Program-made: the position numbers and the translations under genes
Assembly (NCBI GenBank): GCA_049414405.1
Contig: JBMSAQ010000023.1
Coordinates: 1-32,000, forward strand
DNA length: 32,000 nt
DNA from: Candidatus Nanopusillus sp.
GTDB lineage: Archaea > Nanobdellota > Nanobdellia > Nanobdellales > Nanobdellaceae
Reading direction: 5' to 3'
The notes under the pieces: generated by a model
What the model was told of the DNA's origin: nothing
What the model saw: the letters and a program-made list of their open reading frames with translations, nothing else
The model's database searches: none
In this document: in pieces, positions 6,501 through 14,370 of the stretch
Layout: each line of letters opens with the position of its first letter
Position numbering within the stretch: position 1 is the first letter of the stretch

Positions 6501-7693
6501 TAACTTCTTTAGGAATAGAATCTACTGCTCATACTTATTCAATTGGAATTGTTGATGAGAACGGGAATATATATTCTAATGAGAGGATAATATACAAAAG
6601 CGAGAAAGGAGGAATACATCCGAGAGAGGCTGCAGAATTACATTCAAGGGAAAGTATTAATATTTTAAAAAATTCTGTATGGAAGGCTGGATTTGTTTTT
6701 AAGAAAATAAATGGCAAATTTTATATTGTAGATGCATTATATGAAATAAAAAATAAATTAGAAGGATCAAAAGAAATATTTTTTGATGAACCATGGAATA
6801 GAAGAAGATATATAATATATAATGATATTAGAATATGGATTGAAAATAATAAAATAGTTTCTGATAATAAAGAATTAGAAAATAATTTAAATTTATATAT
6901 AAATAATTTAAATAATTTTGAAAGAAAAATAAATTTGATTTCATATTCTGCTGGACCTGGTTTATATCCAACATTAATTCAGGCATATTTTAGCGGTAAA
7001 TTATTTTCTAAAATATTTAATTCAAATTTAATTGGAGTAAATCATTTAATAGCACATGTAGAAATTGTCAAGTTATATAATAAATTTACCAATCCTTTAA
7101 TTTTGCTAGTTTCAGGAGCTAATACAATGTTATTGTCATTTGAAGGAAATAAATATAGAATTGTTGGAGAGACTTTAGATATGGGTGTGGGAAACTTTTT
7201 TGATAAGATTGGTAGATTATTGAATATTGAATTCCCAGCAGGTCCAAAGATTGAAGAATTATCAAAAAAAGGAAAAAATCTAATAAAATTACCATATTCT
7301 GTTAAAGGAATGGATATACAATTAGGAGGGGTATATACGTATATAAAAAATCTAATAAAAAAGAAAAATGTTAATATAAATGATTTGGCCTATTCCATTC
7401 AAGAATATGTATTTTCAATGTTAGCAGAAATATCTGAAAGAGGATTATCAATATTGGATAAAAAAGAATTTGGATTAACTGGCGGGGTTGCTGTAAATAA
7501 AAGATTACAGGAAATTTTATATTTAATGTGTAATGAAAGAAATGTGAAATTTGGAACTGTTCCTCTAGATTTAGGAAATGATAATGGTGCAATGATTGCA
7601 TGGACTGGAATATTATGGTACAAAAATAATATGAACATAATTGATGGAATTAATCCATACTGGAGACCAGAGGATATTGAATATAAAATTTAA
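6497..7693 (+). CDS. kae1: tRNA N6-adenosine threonylcarbamoyltransferase Kae1 (standalone, no Bud32 fusion) with an internal insertion
   Basis: LGIESTAH, GGIHPREAA, SAGPGL, GVNHLIAHVE (His-x4-His metal site), GETLD.GVGN, GGVA.N, GNDNGAMIA. ATGA overlap with rps6e. Confidence 0.92.
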   Translation: MITSLGIESTAHTYSIGIVDENGNIYSNERIIYKSEKGGIHPREAAELHSRESINILKNSVWKAGFVFKKINGKFYIVDALYEIKNKLEGSKEIFFDEPWNRRRYIIYNDIRIWIENNKIVSDNKELENNLNLYINNLNNFERKINLISYSAGPGLYPTLIQAYFSGKLFSKIFNSNLIGVNHLIAHVEIVKLYNKFTNPLILLVSGANTMLLSFEGNKYRIVGETLDMGVGNFFDKIGRLLNIEFPAGPKIEELSKKGKNLIKLPYSVKGMDIQLGGVYTYIKNLIKKKNVNINDLAYSIQEYVFSMLAEISERGLSILDKKEFGLTGGVAVNKRLQEILYLMCNERNVKFGTVPLDLGNDNGAMIAWTGILWYKNNMNIIDGINPYWRPEDIEYKI

Positions 7694-7721
7694 ATATTGT
7701 ATTGTAAATCATTATATTATA

Positions 7722-7856
7722 ATGGTGGACCAGAACACTTTGTTGGAATTAATAAAATTGAGGAGCAATGCAAAAAGGAAGAATTTGGGAAGTAATACAA
7801 AAGCAATAAGGAATTTAAGAAAGAAAATGGCCAGAGAAAATATTGTTGTGAGATGA
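7722..7856 (+). CDS. rpl29: Probable 50S ribosomal protein L29 (uL29), unusually short (44 aa)
   Basis: NTKAIRNLRKKMARENIVVR resembles the conserved C-terminal helix (NPxRIxELRxxIARIxT). It sits directly upstream of SUI1 and Rpp29, as in the archaeal ribosomal superoperon. The track's extension to 7641 overlaps the end of kae1. Confidence 0.5.
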   Translation: MVDQNTLLELIKLRSNAKRKNLGSNTKAIRNLRKKMARENIVVR

Positions 7857-8167
7857 AAAAGAAACTTTTCTCAGGTCTTCCAATAGATTTAGAGAATACA
7901 ACAAAAGAAATAGAAAAGGAGTTTCAGAAGATTATTGTAAGGGCTGAAAAAAGAAGTTATGGAAAAATTGTTACAATTTTGGAAGGTATAGATCCAGCTA
8001 TTGCAAAAGAAACATTGAAGAATTTAAAACAAAAGCTAGGTTGTGGAGGAACATATAAAGACAATTTAATAGAATTACAGGGGGATCATAGAGAAAAAAT
8101 AAAAAGATTATTATTGGATTTGGGTTTTAAGGAAGAAAATATAGAAATATCTAATGAAATTGAATAA
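7853..8167 (+). CDS. sui1: Translation initiation factor aIF1 / SUI1
   Basis: RAEKRSYGKIVTILEGID....LK.LKQKLGCGGTYKDN.IELQGDHREKI is the SUI1 domain. ATGA overlap with the L29 candidate. Confidence 0.9.
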   Translation: MKKKLFSGLPIDLENTTKEIEKEFQKIIVRAEKRSYGKIVTILEGIDPAIAKETLKNLKQKLGCGGTYKDNLIELQGDHREKIKRLLLDLGFKEENIEISNEIE

Positions 8168-8432
8168 ATATTTTTTATCTTATGAATTTATTGGATTAAA
8201 TGTGGAAGTATATGATTGTAAGATAAAAAGTTTAGTAGGTATTTATGGAGAGATAATAGATGAAACAAAAAATACATTTTATATAAAGAGTAAAGATAGA
8301 GTATATATAATTCCTAAGAGTATATCAAAATTTATTTTTTATTTCAATGATTATTCATTTTTTTTGGATGGAAAATTAATTAATATGAGACCATGGGAAA
8401 GAATAAAAATAAATATAAAGAAAAAGGTATAA
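8154..8432 (+). CDS. rnp1: RNase P protein component 1 (Rpp29/Pop4)
   Basis: EFIGLNVEVYDCKIKSLVGIYGEIIDETKNTFYI...IIPKSISKFIF...LDGKLI..RPWERIK is collinear with archaeal Rpp29. Confidence 0.88.
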   Translation: MKLNKYFLSYEFIGLNVEVYDCKIKSLVGIYGEIIDETKNTFYIKSKDRVYIIPKSISKFIFYFNDYSFFLDGKLINMRPWERIKINIKKKV

Positions 8433-8434
8433 GG

Positions 8435-8442
8435 TTTATATA
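8435..8442 (+). promoter_or_regulatory. TATA-box candidate for the pilin gene (leaderless spacing)
   Basis: Exact TTTATATA at -31..-24 from ATG 8466. No Shine-Dalgarno-like purine tract lies between. Confidence 0.45.
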
Positions 8443-8465
8443 TTACTGAAAATTTTAATTATATT

Positions 8466-8966
8466 ATGAAAATAAAAGCTGTGTCACCTCTGATTGCAAC
8501 AATTATATTAATCGCCTTAACAGTAGCTTTAGGCGCAATTATAATTGGATGGGCAAGAAATTATGTTAGTAGTGAAGTTTCAAAGTTAGGAGCCCAAGTT
8601 CAAATATTACAGGTAATTTATGATAATTTAAATGGCAATATAACCATTTTAGCTCAAAATATAGGATCTACACAATTAGTTGGAAATAATCTTTTAGTAG
8701 AATTTTCTTTGATTAATGGAAAAAGAGAGAGGTGTCCTTTGGTTTCAGGTAGTGATGATACAAGATATTTGGCATGTTATATTTATAATATAACAAATCC
8801 TTCATCTACCATTTCATATATAAATGATACAATACCTCAAAATTCTTTATTTCTTATAAATATGATAGTTAATAAGAATAGTTTTGGAATAGCTTCTTTA
8901 ACCGGTTCTACTATTTATATATATCATTCCAAAAACCAAATATCTGAGGGATATACATTATCATAA
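8466..8966 (+). CDS. Archaeal type IV pilin-like protein (class III signal peptide, Pilin_N/DUF1628-type N-terminus)
   Basis: MKIKA|VSPLIATIILIALTVALGAIIIG is a short charged leader followed by the conserved hydrophobic pilin N-terminus. Confidence 0.75.
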   Translation: MKIKAVSPLIATIILIALTVALGAIIIGWARNYVSSEVSKLGAQVQILQVIYDNLNGNITILAQNIGSTQLVGNNLLVEFSLINGKRERCPLVSGSDDTRYLACYIYNITNPSSTISYINDTIPQNSLFLINMIVNKNSFGIASLTGSTIYIYHSKNQISEGYTLS

Positions 8967-8971
8967 TTTAC

Positions 8972-8976
8972 TTTTT
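8972..8976 (+). terminator. Oligo-T tract after the pilin gene
   Basis: T5 lies 6 nt downstream of the stop at 8964-8966. Confidence 0.3.
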
Positions 8977-9020
8977 AGTAGTTAATTAAAAGAATAAATG
9001 ACATCTATAAATATTTTTAT

Positions 9021-10196
9021 ATGGAAATTAAATCTGCAAAAGCAAGGGTTGTTTTAAATTCTAGAGGAGATCCAACATTAGAAATTGAAATAAATGGTTA
9101 TTCAGAAGCCGCTCCAGAAGGGGCAAGCAAGGGGTCTGGAGAAGTTCCATATTTAGATCCTAAAAAAGCTGCTGAATTGTTCAATAATGAATTGGTAGAC
9201 TTTCTTAAAACATTTGATATAATAACTTTAGATGATTTAAAAGAATTTGAAAGTGAATTTGAATCAATTGGTGGAATAAAAAGATATGGGGGCAATACAT
9301 TAATTGCTACTGAATATGCTATATTAAGAGCATGGTCTCGTTATGAAGGAAAACCCATTTACAAATTTTTTAATAAAAATCCAAAAATGAATATAAGAAT
9401 ATTGGCAAATGTTGTTGGTGGTGGTGCACATTCAAAAGGTAGAAGTACAAATATTCAGGAATTCTTAGTTTCTCCAGATACAGACAATTTACTTTTATCT
9501 ATTTTTGTTGCATCATATATACATAAATTATTGGGGAAGAGATTGGAATTGTTGGATGATAAATTTTTATATGGAAGGAATGATGAAGGTGCTTGGACAA
9601 CATCGCTTGAAGATGAAACAATATTTAATATTATAAAAATGGTCTTTGATGAGGTTAAGATAGATTATAATATAAAAGTTGATCTTGGAGTTGATTTTGC
9701 TGCAAGTCAATTATATAAAGATAAAGCATATAGATATAAAAATAAAGTATTTTCTAGAGGAGATCAAATAAAATATGTAAAATTTCTTATAGATACGTAT
9801 GATTTATTTTATGTTGAAGACCCATTATATGAAGAAGATTTTGAAGGATTTGCAGAGATAAATAATAGTACGAAATGCTTAATTGTTGGAGACGATTTAA
9901 CAGTAACAAATGTAGAGAGAATAAAGAAATCTTTAATATATAAATCAATTAAGGGTGTTATAATAAAACCAAATCAAATAGGTTCTGTTGTTAAAGCATA
10001 CGAAGTTGTAAAATTTTGTAAAGAAAACAGTCTTATACCAATATTATCTCATAGATCTGGAGAAACAGAGAGCAATATATTAGCCCATTTAGCAGTTGGA
10101 TTTGAAGTTCCATTTGTGAAGTTTGGAATTATAAATGGAGAGAGAATTGCAAAGTTAAATGAATTAATTAGAATATATGAAAGCTTAAATAAATAA
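9021..10196 (+). CDS. eno: Enolase (2-phosphoglycerate dehydratase), compact 391-aa form
   Basis: N-terminal I..AKARVVLNSRGDPTLEIEI, then DDLTVTN, IKPNQIGS and SHRSGETES motifs. Confidence 0.93.
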   Translation: MEIKSAKARVVLNSRGDPTLEIEINGYSEAAPEGASKGSGEVPYLDPKKAAELFNNELVDFLKTFDIITLDDLKEFESEFESIGGIKRYGGNTLIATEYAILRAWSRYEGKPIYKFFNKNPKMNIRILANVVGGGAHSKGRSTNIQEFLVSPDTDNLLLSIFVASYIHKLLGKRLELLDDKFLYGRNDEGAWTTSLEDETIFNIIKMVFDEVKIDYNIKVDLGVDFAASQLYKDKAYRYKNKVFSRGDQIKYVKFLIDTYDLFYVEDPLYEEDFEGFAEINNSTKCLIVGDDLTVTNVERIKKSLIYKSIKGVIIKPNQIGSVVKAYEVVKFCKENSLIPILSHRSGETESNILAHLAVGFEVPFVKFGIINGERIAKLNELIRIYESLNK

Positions 10197-10457
10197 CTTG
10201 AACCATTTTTTATATTCTTCAGGTACCTCAATTAATCCTAAATTAATTAGTGTATCCAATATTCCCCATATATAATTTTCTAATTCAAATGCTTTTACAA
10301 AATCTTTATTTTCATAAAAATACTTCATGTCATTATAATAAGATATAACAAATTCTTCAAACCTCTTATCTAAAAATCTTATGTTTTTAAATATTAATTC
10401 TAGTTTTTTATATTCTTTGTTTAGATAATAGAAAAACTCTTCTTCATTTATTCTCAT
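10185..10457 (-). CDS. Small helical protein of unknown function (weak resemblance to archaeal DUF357 family)
   Basis: 90-aa ORF with a TATA-like tract at leaderless distance. The Y..D...F...KD..KAF....YIWG.LD.L..LG pattern matches from memory only. Confidence 0.55.
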   Translation of the reverse strand: MRINEEEFFYYLNKEYKKLELIFKNIRFLDKRFEEFVISYYNDMKYFYENKDFVKAFELENYIWGILDTLINLGLIEVPEEYKKWFKLFI

Positions 10458-10485
10458 TTATATATCTTATTTAAAAGTTTAATAA

Positions 10486-11199
10486 ATGGATCTTAGAGAT
10501 ATATTATCTAAATTTGATGTTGAAGAAATATTATATTTTGAAGAAAATTATGATTTACAATATAAATATTTAAAACTTTTATATAAGAACATAAGAAATC
10601 AAAATTTATTTCTAAAGATTATTGTAATGAATTCTTTATTAGCGTTTCAATTATCGTATAAAGGAGAAAAATTCTGGAAAATATTTTCCATATACTTTTC
10701 TAAATATGATAATAATGATATATACAACAATTTTCTATCTTTCATAAATTTATATAATAAGAGATATAAGGAAATAAAAATAAAAAGATTAAGTAAAATT
10801 TATAATTGGATAAAGGATAAAGATTTATTAATTTATAAAGATGATTTAGTTAAATTTAATTTAGAAATTGCAGAAGTAATGAGACAAAATATCTATGACA
10901 AGACAGTAGTATTTTCAACAAAGATTTATGGTTATGGATTAAGAATTATTGGATATAAAATAATATTTCCATTTGAGATATTCATACCAATAGATAATAG
11001 AATTAGAAAAATTAGTAAAGATAGAAATTATTGGATAAGATTATCAAAAGAAGTAAATATACCATTATTACACATAGATTCTTTAATATGGATTACTATG
11101 GGGTTGGATAACGATAAAATAGAAAGAATAAGAAATGAAAAACTTAAAAATAAAATTAAATTATTAAAAAATTATCTAAATAATATTATTAATAATTAA
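10486..11199 (+). CDS. Archaeal 8-oxoguanine DNA glycosylase/lyase (AGOG family)
   Basis: MNSLLAFQLSYKGEKFW..F..YFS, DKTVVFSTKIYGY (catalytic Lys context), PFEIFIPIDNRI (Asp) and IPLLHIDSLIW are collinear with Pyrobaculum-type AGOG. Confidence 0.8.
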   Translation: MDLRDILSKFDVEEILYFEENYDLQYKYLKLLYKNIRNQNLFLKIIVMNSLLAFQLSYKGEKFWKIFSIYFSKYDNNDIYNNFLSFINLYNKRYKEIKIKRLSKIYNWIKDKDLLIYKDDLVKFNLEIAEVMRQNIYDKTVVFSTKIYGYGLRIIGYKIIFPFEIFIPIDNRIRKISKDRNYWIRLSKEVNIPLLHIDSLIWITMGLDNDKIERIRNEKLKNKIKLLKNYLNNIINN

Positions 11200-11640
11200 T
11201 AGACCATCTGTAATGTATAATATATCCCTAGCAATTTTTTCTTCATTTATTATTTTTGAGTCGAAATCTGACCCTATTTTTCCATTTCCAACAGATATTT
11301 TTTCAGTTGGAGATAGCAAGTATTTGTCATACTTTAATATGAATTCTTCAGATTTCTTTAATAAATATCCTAAATATATTAGTTGATTTAGACCATAAAT
11401 TTTATTTTTATCACTCAAATCATTAAAATTATATATATACAAATTAATATTACTTTCTAATAATTTTATTTTATTGTCTTTTATTAATAATGTAGCTTGC
11501 CAATTCTTTTTATAATCTTTATAATTCAATGATGTCGTTGTTTTATTGTTAAATTCTAATATCATCTTTTCTTTTTCCTTTTTTATTGTTACTTTACCTT
11601 CTTCTAAAGATAACTTTATCCCTATACCCAATATATCCAT
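11176..11640 (-). CDS. Hypothetical protein (154 aa)
   Basis: The ORF is open in stop-rich AT DNA. I recognise no family motif. Its 3' end overlaps the AGOG gene by 24 nt. Confidence 0.55.
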   Translation of the reverse strand: MDILGIGIKLSLEEGKVTIKKEKEKMILEFNNKTTTSLNYKDYKKNWQATLLIKDNKIKLLESNINLYIYNFNDLSDKNKIYGLNQLIYLGYLLKKSEEFILKYDKYLLSPTEKISVGNGKIGSDFDSKIINEEKIARDILYITDGLLIINNII

Positions 11641-11673
11641 AAAACTATTTATAGAAAATGAGATATAAAAAGG

Positions 11674-11681
11674 TTATTAAA
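11674..11681 (+). promoter_or_regulatory. TATA-like element (TTATTAAA) upstream of tRNA-Asn
   Basis: Located -33..-26 from the mature 5' end at 11707, which would give a leader of only a few nt. Confidence 0.3.
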
Positions 11682-11706
11682 AATTTACCAAGTAATCTAT
11701 ATATAT

Positions 11707-11779
11707 GCCGCCGTAGCTCAGTTGGTAGAGCAGCCGGCTGTTAACCGGCAGGTCGTGGGTTCAAGTCCCACCGGCGGCG
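11707..11779 (+). tRNA. tRNA-Asn (anticodon GUU), 73 nt, no intron, no encoded CCA
   Basis: Hand-folded. Acceptor GCCGCCG/CGGCGGC, D arm GCTC..GAGC. Anticodon stem GCCGG/CCGGC with loop CTGTTAA. T arm GTGGG-TTCAAGT-CCCAC, discriminator G. Confidence 0.93.
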
Positions 11780-12646
11780 CTATTCATTATAATATTTATA
11801 TAATAATTCTCTGTTTGCTTCCAGTTGTATATTTTTAATATTTAAGTAATCTGCAGCAGATAAAAACTCTGTACTAAAATTTTTTCCAATTTCGTTTAAT
11901 TTATTTAGTATTTCTCTATAGTTTAAAGATCTAGCCATATGATGATCAATTATTATTTTATTAATCTTTGTATTCTCTAGTAATCTTTCAATATTTTTGT
12001 AAAATATTTCGTTATGTAAGGCATCCCACTTTGTATGATAAAAGGGAGAACCTGATAGTATCATATGATCTGGGTTTTTTTCTACTATATAATTTAGTGT
12101 GAAATCTGTTAAAATACCTTGTATATCAGATCCAAAAAATAAAGATGAGTTTTTATATTCAATGTACACACCAATAACATAACCTAAAACTGAATTTTCT
12201 GTTCCATGAAATAATGGGGGAGAAATTTCTATATATGTATTATTAAATTCAAATACTTTATTATCCCCAATATATATTTCAGATTTATTCTTTAATTTTT
12301 CATATACATTTTTTCCCCTATTTTTTTGGGAATTATTTATGTAATTATTAAAATCTTTTATGATTAGTTTTTTATTATATAATATCTTGAAATGTTCTTC
12401 TTTTGGATTTGGACAATGATCCCAATGATAATGTGTAATAATTATTAAATCGACATCTTTTGATGATTCAATTATTTCTTTTCTTTTGTTTTTTAATTCT
12501 TCTAATTCGATTTTGTGAGGTTTTAGACCATATCTATAAGGAGCAATTGCAATAGACGGATCTATAAACATTTTAATATCAGTTTTAACAATTGTTGCCA
12601 TAGATCTTGTTGAAAAAGAATCATATGCAACCGGTATTATTATCAT
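11780..12646 (-). CDS. Metallo-beta-lactamase-fold protein, archaeal UPF0282-like
   Basis: MIIIPVAYDSFSTRSMATIV..D..MFIDP..A.AP.RYGL.PH..ELE and the THYHWDH (HxHxDH) motif. Confidence 0.8.
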   Translation of the reverse strand: MIIIPVAYDSFSTRSMATIVKTDIKMFIDPSIAIAPYRYGLKPHKIELEELKNKRKEIIESSKDVDLIIITHYHWDHCPNPKEEHFKILYNKKLIIKDFNNYINNSQKNRGKNVYEKLKNKSEIYIGDNKVFEFNNTYIEISPPLFHGTENSVLGYVIGVYIEYKNSSLFFGSDIQGILTDFTLNYIVEKNPDHMILSGSPFYHTKWDALHNEIFYKNIERLLENTKINKIIIDHHMARSLNYREILNKLNEIGKNFSTEFLSAADYLNIKNIQLEANRELLYKYYNE

Positions 12647-12666
12647 TAAAAAATATTAATAAAAAA

Positions 12667-13491
12667 TTAATAAACAGCTTCTCCAATTTCTTCAATAAAT
12701 ATCTTTTCATGATAATCAAATATATTCCTATCTTTTGATGGATTCATACCATATAGTCTAATTCTCCTATCTTTACCTATCTCAAATATAAATTCAGAAT
12801 ATTCTTTGTATTTTCCATTTATAATTTCAACAACCTTTCTTACAAATAGTTCCCCGGGTATTTTTGGATAATCTTCTAATTTACTTCCCATTCCTTCTTC
12901 TCCAGTTTTTATAGTATCTGGAGATAATGCAATAAGTCTTCTTTTTCTATTGTTTACTTCGTCATCATATTTTAATGCAGCTACATATCTATCTAAAGCA
13001 GCTTTAGTAATTTGATATATAGGATCCCAACCACCGACATAATGTGCAGAAATAGACACCATATATATGGTATCTAAAATAAGTTTCTTATTTAATAGTC
13101 CAATGTCCAAAGCCATTATACCTTCTAAATTTGTCTGCCAAGCTTTTCTTATTTCTTTTATACTATATTTTGATATATCTCCTCTATAATCATATAAAAT
13201 TCCAATATTGTAAAATACTGATACTTTATATCCTTTATTTACATATTCTATTATTTTTTCTATTATTTTTTCTCTATCACTATCTTCTGTTAAATCCCCA
13301 ACTACGTAATCATCTATCTTTCCTTTATTTTTCATATCAGCTAATACATTTTCTCTTCTTCCATTTCCAACAACAATATATTCATTCTTTTTTAATCCTT
13401 CTGCTAATATTTTTCCAATTCCGCCAGTAACTCCTAATAAGGATATAACTCCTTTCTTTTCTTCGTTCATCATAATCTTATCAAGGCTCAT
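12667..13491 (-). CDS. Short-chain dehydrogenase/reductase (SDR) family protein with a C-terminal extension
   Basis: Rossmann motif GVTGGIGKIL and catalytic Y-x3-K (PIYQITKAAL). ATGA overlap with the upstream gene. Confidence 0.75.
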   Translation of the reverse strand: MSLDKIMMNEEKKGVISLLGVTGGIGKILAEGLKKNEYIVVGNGRRENVLADMKNKGKIDDYVVGDLTEDSDREKIIEKIIEYVNKGYKVSVFYNIGILYDYRGDISKYSIKEIRKAWQTNLEGIMALDIGLLNKKLILDTIYMVSISAHYVGGWDPIYQITKAALDRYVAALKYDDEVNNRKRRLIALSPDTIKTGEEGMGSKLEDYPKIPGELFVRKVVEIINGKYKEYSEFIFEIGKDRRIRLYGMNPSKDRNIFDYHEKIFIEEIGEAVY

Positions 13492-14327
13492 AGTGTATAT
13501 AAACTATCAATATATTCTAATATAGTTCTTTTCATTTCTTCTTGTCCCAAATCATTAAAGAATTTTTCAAATGGTTCTTTTACATTTTTATCTATTTTAC
13601 TTGAATATGCATAGATTACCTGACCATTATTATATAAAAATCCTGTTAAATAATATCCTCTTTTTTCATATTCTTCTATATTTGTTGTATATATTAATTT
13701 TGGATATTTCTCATTATTTTCTTTTCTTTTATATTCAGATGAATAGATTTTACAATCTAAATTATTCAATATACATATTTTTTTAAAGAATTCTTCGGAA
13801 TATTTTGGTATCTTTAATTCTAATACTTTATCGTTTGATCTATGTCCAATAATTGTTGTATATGGATTATTTTCATTATCTCTATATATAAAAGATGAAG
13901 CAAAACCAAAAATTCTTATTCTATGATTTTCCCATATTCTAAATATCTTGATTGAAGTTAGTAAATATATAACAAAATCTGTGGCTACAGGTATGTTTTG
14001 TTGTAAGAAATAATAATAAAGTTTTTTTGCAATTCCTTTATTAGAATAATTACTATCAACGATAGTGTAAACATTATATGGTATTCCACTTTTATATGTC
14101 CAGTGAGATAATCCAGCTATATAATTATCTATTATGTATAAAAGAATAATATCTCCTTTATTTATCAAATCTTTTACATATTCTTCTTTATAAATCTTAT
14201 ATGAATTTTCTCCATTTTCTCCAAAATCAAAATAGAATCTATTTTCTTTAATATTTTTTCTAATAAATTCCGTAATATATTTTATATCATTATAATCTGC
14301 TATTTTAGTATATTCACCCGTATCCAT
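13488..14327 (-). CDS. Hypothetical protein, N-terminal GNAT-like acetyltransferase fold (tentative) plus an unassigned C-terminal half
   Basis: IVDSNYSNKGIAKKLYYYFLQQ resembles GNAT motif A (acetyl-CoA pyrophosphate loop). I do not recognise the remainder. Confidence 0.45.
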   Translation of the reverse strand: MDTGEYTKIADYNDIKYITEFIRKNIKENRFYFDFGENGENSYKIYKEEYVKDLINKGDIILLYIIDNYIAGLSHWTYKSGIPYNVYTIVDSNYSNKGIAKKLYYYFLQQNIPVATDFVIYLLTSIKIFRIWENHRIRIFGFASSFIYRDNENNPYTTIIGHRSNDKVLELKIPKYSEEFFKKICILNNLDCKIYSSEYKRKENNEKYPKLIYTTNIEEYEKRGYYLTGFLYNNGQVIYAYSSKIDKNVKEPFEKFFNDLGQEEMKRTILEYIDSLYTL

Positions 14328-14370
14328 AACTATTATATAGTTAAGAGAAAGACCTATAAGTATGACAAAG

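Noticed and set aside
6680-6928. The Kae1 insertion as a mini-intein or homing-endonuclease remnant
   Set aside because: It lacks an N-terminal Cys/Ser and a C-terminal His-Asn followed by a nucleophile. It is too short and has no endonuclease motifs.
7641-7721. Upstream extension of the L29 candidate
   Set aside because: It overlaps the kae1 3' end and has no L29-like sequence.
11176-11640. The 154-aa ORF as a tRNA-splicing endonuclease structural subunit (GLNQLIYLGYL and GKIGSDFD faintly recall EndA blocks)
   Set aside because: The spacing and length after the putative blocks are too short for the EndA C-terminal domain, and the catalytic Y/H/K context is absent. The similarity is too weak to report.
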